This document shows, piece after piece, positions 60,498 to 64,000 of a DNA stretch of 64,000 bases (its first letter is position 1; each line of letters starts with the position of its first letter). Below the pieces are notes generated by a model. That model saw only the letters and a program-made list of their open reading frames with translations, was not told the origin of the DNA and made no database searches. A program made the position numbers and the translations under genes. Origin of the DNA: Anaerolineae bacterium. Lineage in GTDB: Bacteria; Chloroflexota; Anaerolineae; Aggregatilineales; Ch27. The stretch is from positions 13,923 through 77,922 of the forward strand of contig JABLXG010000022.1 in NCBI GenBank assembly GCA_013178165.1, in the 5' to 3' direction.

Positions 60498-61442
60498 ATG
60501 AGTGTAACGCAAGCACAGGCGATTTTGCTGGGCTTGGCGCTTGGGGACGCGCTTGGGGCGCCGGTCGAGTTTATGGGTCTGGCCGAGATCAGCGCACGGT
60601 ATGGTTCCGGGGGGATTCAGGAGCCTCCAAATCCGGCCCTGTATACCGACGATACGCAGATGACCCTAGCCCTGGCAGAAGGGTTGATAGAAGCTGGCGA
60701 AGCTGATCCTGACGCCCTGATGAGCGCTGTGGGAAAGTACTTTGTACGCTGGCTGAACAGCCCGGACAACGGCCGGTCGCCGGGCGGAGCATGCCTCGCT
60801 GGCGTGCGGCGGTATGAGCGCGGGGAGTCCTGGCGTCGATCTGGCCTGCCGGATTCCAGAGGATGTGGTTCGGCCATGCGTGTTGCGCCGATCGGGTATC
60901 TCTATCAGCATGATCCGGAACGATTGAGGGATGTGGCGCAGGCAACGAGTCTGATCACCCACGGCCATCCAACGGCGCTGGCTGCGAGCGTCGCCGCAGC
61001 GTACCTGGTGAAGCTGGCGCTGGATGGTATTGCCCCTGACCACTACCTGCACGAGGTGGCCGTTTCTGTGGACGGGCTTTCCGATGAGCTAGATCTGGCG
61101 CTGCGCCGGGTGGGTCATGTACTGGCCTGGGGCGACGAGATCATGGCAATGCGCCATATCGGCGCGGGCTGGGTGGCCGAGGAAGCCGTGAGCCTGGCGC
61201 TCTACTGTGTGATGCGCTACCCGGACGACTACGTTGCCGCTGTCCGGAGGGCAGCAAACATGGATGGTGACAGCGATTCCGTCGCCTGCATCGCGGGAGG
61301 GGTTGCTGCGGCGCGTCTGGGGATGGAATCTATCCCGGCGGACTGGCGCGATCGGTGTGAGAACCGCGATGGTATCCTCGATCTGGGGGCGCATCTGGCA
61401 GAGAAGCGATTGCGGATTGCGGAGCATCGTGATGGCTGTTGA
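60498..61442 (+). CDS. ADP-ribosylglycohydrolase (DraG-like)
   Basis: GLALGDALGAPVE, YTDDTQM, GCGSAMR, ITHGHP, DGDSDSVACIAG. Confidence 0.93.
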   Translation: MSVTQAQAILLGLALGDALGAPVEFMGLAEISARYGSGGIQEPPNPALYTDDTQMTLALAEGLIEAGEADPDALMSAVGKYFVRWLNSPDNGRSPGGACLAGVRRYERGESWRRSGLPDSRGCGSAMRVAPIGYLYQHDPERLRDVAQATSLITHGHPTALAASVAAAYLVKLALDGIAPDHYLHEVAVSVDGLSDELDLALRRVGHVLAWGDEIMAMRHIGAGWVAEEAVSLALYCVMRYPDDYVAAVRRAANMDGDSDSVACIAGGVAAARLGMESIPADWRDRCENRDGILDLGAHLAEKRLRIAEHRDGC

Positions 61443-62226
61443 CCGGCTTGTGTCACTTGCGGAGGCTGCGCAGGCCGTTCGCGACGGCCAGACGCTGGCG
61501 CTGGGCGGTATGACTCTTTACCGGCGACCGGTCGCTTTTGTGCGGGCGCTGCTACGGCGTTCTGATCGGCCCGTTGGCCTGACACTATTGAATTTCACGG
61601 CAGGATATGAGTCCGACCTGCTGGTCGGGGCTGGCTGTATTGCCCGTACCCGGACGTGTTATTTTGGCCTGGAAGCTTTTGGGCTGGCGCCGATGTTCAC
61701 CGATGCGGCAACGCGAGGCCAGATCACCGTGATTGAGGAAACCGAAGCCAGTCTGGCGATGGGCATCCGGGCTGCCTTGAGCGCGGTCGGCTTTATGCCG
61801 TCGCGGGCGTGGATCGGCACGGACCTGCCGCGCCTGCGACCGGATGTCAAAACTATCATCGATCCGTACAGTGGCGAAGAGCTGATGGCGTTCCCGGCGA
61901 TTCCCTGCGACATTGCCGTGGTGCATGCCCTCGTTGCCGATCGGCAGGGCAATGCCCGGCTGAACAGGAATCTGGCCATCGACCGTGAACTGGCCTACCT
62001 GGCAGGGACGGTCATTGTGACAGCGGAAGAGGTGGTCGATCGCCTGACGGCAGACGTGGACATCGCTGCACCGCTGACGACGATGGTTGTCCATGCGCCA
62101 CGGGGAGCCTGGCCAACATCGTGTCACCCGCTGTATCCGGTGGCAGGGGGTGAGTTACTGCGTTACATCGATGCCTGCGCCTCCGGTGAGTTCGATCGAT
62201 ATCTACAGGACTTTCTGGAGGAGTGA
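61432..62226 (+). CDS. Family I CoA-transferase alpha subunit (glutaconate/3-oxoadipate type)
   Basis: VRDGQTLALGG, YESDLLVGAG, CDIAVVHA..ADRQGNA, VIVTAEEVV, GAWPTSC. Confidence 0.88.
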   Translation: MAVDRLVSLAEAAQAVRDGQTLALGGMTLYRRPVAFVRALLRRSDRPVGLTLLNFTAGYESDLLVGAGCIARTRTCYFGLEAFGLAPMFTDAATRGQITVIEETEASLAMGIRAALSAVGFMPSRAWIGTDLPRLRPDVKTIIDPYSGEELMAFPAIPCDIAVVHALVADRQGNARLNRNLAIDRELAYLAGTVIVTAEEVVDRLTADVDIAAPLTTMVVHAPRGAWPTSCHPLYPVAGGELLRYIDACASGEFDRYLQDFLEE

Positions 62227-62298
62227 GGTTGGTCGGATCGGTTCTGTTGGATGGTGCCTGAATACGGTTTGCCAGGTTGATGGAGTGGACGAACAGGT

Positions 62299-63468
62299 AT
62301 GTGGAGACGATTGGCACTCTGGATTCTGGTGTTAGGCGCTTTTGGGGCTGGTTTGCTGCTGGGCGGCCAGATCACGCCGGCGCTGGCAGGGACAGGACAG
62401 CAGATAGATGCGGCTTTGGCGCCGGTGCAGGAGACCTGGGAAATCATCCAGGAGCAGTTTGTCGATCCGCCTGAGCCAGAAGCCCTAGTTGAAGCGGCGT
62501 TGAACGGCTTGATGGCGGCGCTCGACGATCCGTACAGCCTGTACATGGATCCGGATACCTTCCAGATAGCTAACAGTGATCTTGAAGGTGAGTTTGAAGG
62601 AATAGGCGCGACGGTCCAGCTGGACGAGGAAACTGGCGCCCTGGTGATTGTGAGCACGTTGCCCGGTTCTCCTGCTGAGGCGGCAGGGCTGCGCCGCGGC
62701 GATGCCATTGTGCAGGTTGATGGCGTCGATGTCAGGGGGATATCGCAGGCGAAGATCATCGGCGCCATCCGTGGCCCGGAAGGAACGACTGTCGAACTTG
62801 GTATCTTGCGATCTGGGGCAACCGAAATGCTCATTGTCCCGATTGTCAGGGCGCGCATCGCGCTGGCTACGGTTGAGGGCAAGATTCTTGATGGCGACAT
62901 CGCTTATATACGGCTCTTCCAGTTTGGGGAGGACACTGCAGATCAGTTGCGAGAGCAACTGCAGACGCTGGAGGTCGAAAACCGGGCTGGGTTGATTCTC
63001 GATTTGCGTGGCAACCCCGGCGGATTCCTGACCAGCGCTGTGGATGTGGCCAGCGAGTTTCTGCAGGAAGGTGTGATCCTAACCGAACGACTACGCGATC
63101 ACGAACAGGTCTATCGCGCTTCCGGTGTGGCCAGCGCGCCAACCGTGCCGATGATCGTGCTGGTTGACGAGGGCAGCGCCAGTGGCGCTGAGCTGGTCGC
63201 CGCAGCGTTGCAGGATCACGAACGGGCCACGATTGTCGGGACGAGGACATTCGGCAAGGGGACAGTTCAGACATGGCGTGAGCTGTCCAATGGCGGCGGG
63301 ATCAGGGTGACAATTGCCCGGTGGTATACGCCAGCAGGGCGGTCGATCCATGAAGTTGGAGTCTCGCCTGATGTTTTTGTTGAGCAGGATGCCGATGTGC
63401 CGGAGACCGATGCCCAGCTACAGGCGGGCATCAACCTTCTGCGGCAGCGGGTTCCAGAGTTGCGTTGA
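62299..63468 (+). CDS. S41 family C-terminal processing peptidase (PDZ)
   Basis: LDDPYS, FEGIGA, PDZ (GSPAEAAGLRRGD), LDLRGNPGG, SASGAE (Ser), TFGKG (Lys). Confidence 0.95.
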   Translation: MWRRLALWILVLGAFGAGLLLGGQITPALAGTGQQIDAALAPVQETWEIIQEQFVDPPEPEALVEAALNGLMAALDDPYSLYMDPDTFQIANSDLEGEFEGIGATVQLDEETGALVIVSTLPGSPAEAAGLRRGDAIVQVDGVDVRGISQAKIIGAIRGPEGTTVELGILRSGATEMLIVPIVRARIALATVEGKILDGDIAYIRLFQFGEDTADQLREQLQTLEVENRAGLILDLRGNPGGFLTSAVDVASEFLQEGVILTERLRDHEQVYRASGVASAPTVPMIVLVDEGSASGAELVAAALQDHERATIVGTRTFGKGTVQTWRELSNGGGIRVTIARWYTPAGRSIHEVGVSPDVFVEQDADVPETDAQLQAGINLLRQRVPELR

Positions 63469-63507
63469 TCGGTGTATGAGGTGGCGGAACAGGGAGATCG
63501 GTGCACT

Positions 63508-64000
63508 GTGCCAGCAGGCAACGAGTACACGGTTGATGAGATCATGGCGGTTTGCATCGCCCGCCGTCTGAGCGATGAGGTGACTGTTGCCCAGGGGATT
63601 GCCACACCACTGGTAGCTGCCGGTTACCTGCTGGCCAAGCTCACGCATGCGCCCAACCTGCGCTTTGCCTCGGCCATTGGCCAGGGTATTTGCCAGGACT
63701 GGGCGCCATTAGGCCTGGCACGCACGGAGGCGCTGTGGCTGGATAAGGCGCTGACCACGGTCGGGTTTATCACCGTGGCGGCCGATTTGCTGCCGCGCCT
63801 ACATCCCATTGAGTATCTGCGGCCTGCCCAGATTGACGCGCAGGGCAACTTCAACAACCTGGCGATTGGCGAAGATTACTGGCATCCTCGGATGCGGTTG
63901 CCGGGTTCTGGTGGTATCCCGGATGTGAGCGTGGTGTACAGCGATATGCACCTGTATGTTCCCCGCCACTCGCGGGCAGTCTTTGTGCCACGGGTGGATG
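63508..64000 (+). CDS. Family I CoA-transferase beta subunit (3' end truncated by the window)
   Basis: Read by hand from GTG 63508 (absent from the ORF track because there is no stop): YTVDEIMAVCIARRL...VAQGIATP...AKLTHAPNL...AQIDAQGNFNNLAIG...RLPGSGGIPD. Confidence 0.85.
   Translation, partial: MPAGNEYTVDEIMAVCIARRLSDEVTVAQGIATPLVAAGYLLAKLTHAPNLRFASAIGQGICQDWAPLGLARTEALWLDKALTTVGFITVAADLLPRLHPIEYLRPAQIDAQGNFNNLAIGEDYWHPRMRLPGSGGIPDVSVVYSDMHLYVPRHSRAVFVPRVD

Overview
Bacterial chromosome segment (GC-rich, gene-dense, mostly housekeeping). The gene families suggest Chloroflexota, Anaerolineae-like (inference, not checked against a database). Main contents: rnpB; an Lrp-tyrosine phenol-lyase unit next to a DASS transporter with an extra soluble domain; a frameshifted IS481-like element whose right end appears to supply the -35 box of a ROK-ABC-GH15-GH31 locus resembling the cycloalternan (CNN) uptake and catabolism locus; a decayed sugar permease followed by a YcjQ-like dehydrogenase, a UroD-family protein and a Gfo/Idh/MocA oxidoreductase; trxB; wzz-cpsD-rfbA-rfbB; groES-groEL with two CIRCE elements; two secreted all-PPC-repeat proteins coupled to a nucleotidyltransferase and murJ; icd; an NHLRC2/SOQ1-like protein; a pseudouridine catabolism operon; and several peptidases and CoA-transferase subunits. 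Most notable finding: two tandem GAF-PAS-class III cyclase paralogs with reciprocal active-site losses. One keeps the metal-binding Asp pair and the other keeps Lys/Thr/Asn/Arg, which predicts an obligate heterodimeric adenylyl cyclase of mammalian C1/C2 type in a bacterium. Several other apparent pseudoenzymes occur (nitrilase Cys->Gly, S51 without Ser, M42-like without EE/His). No CRISPR array, rRNA or tRNA was seen. All family assignments come from motif recognition and recalled sequences, not database searches.
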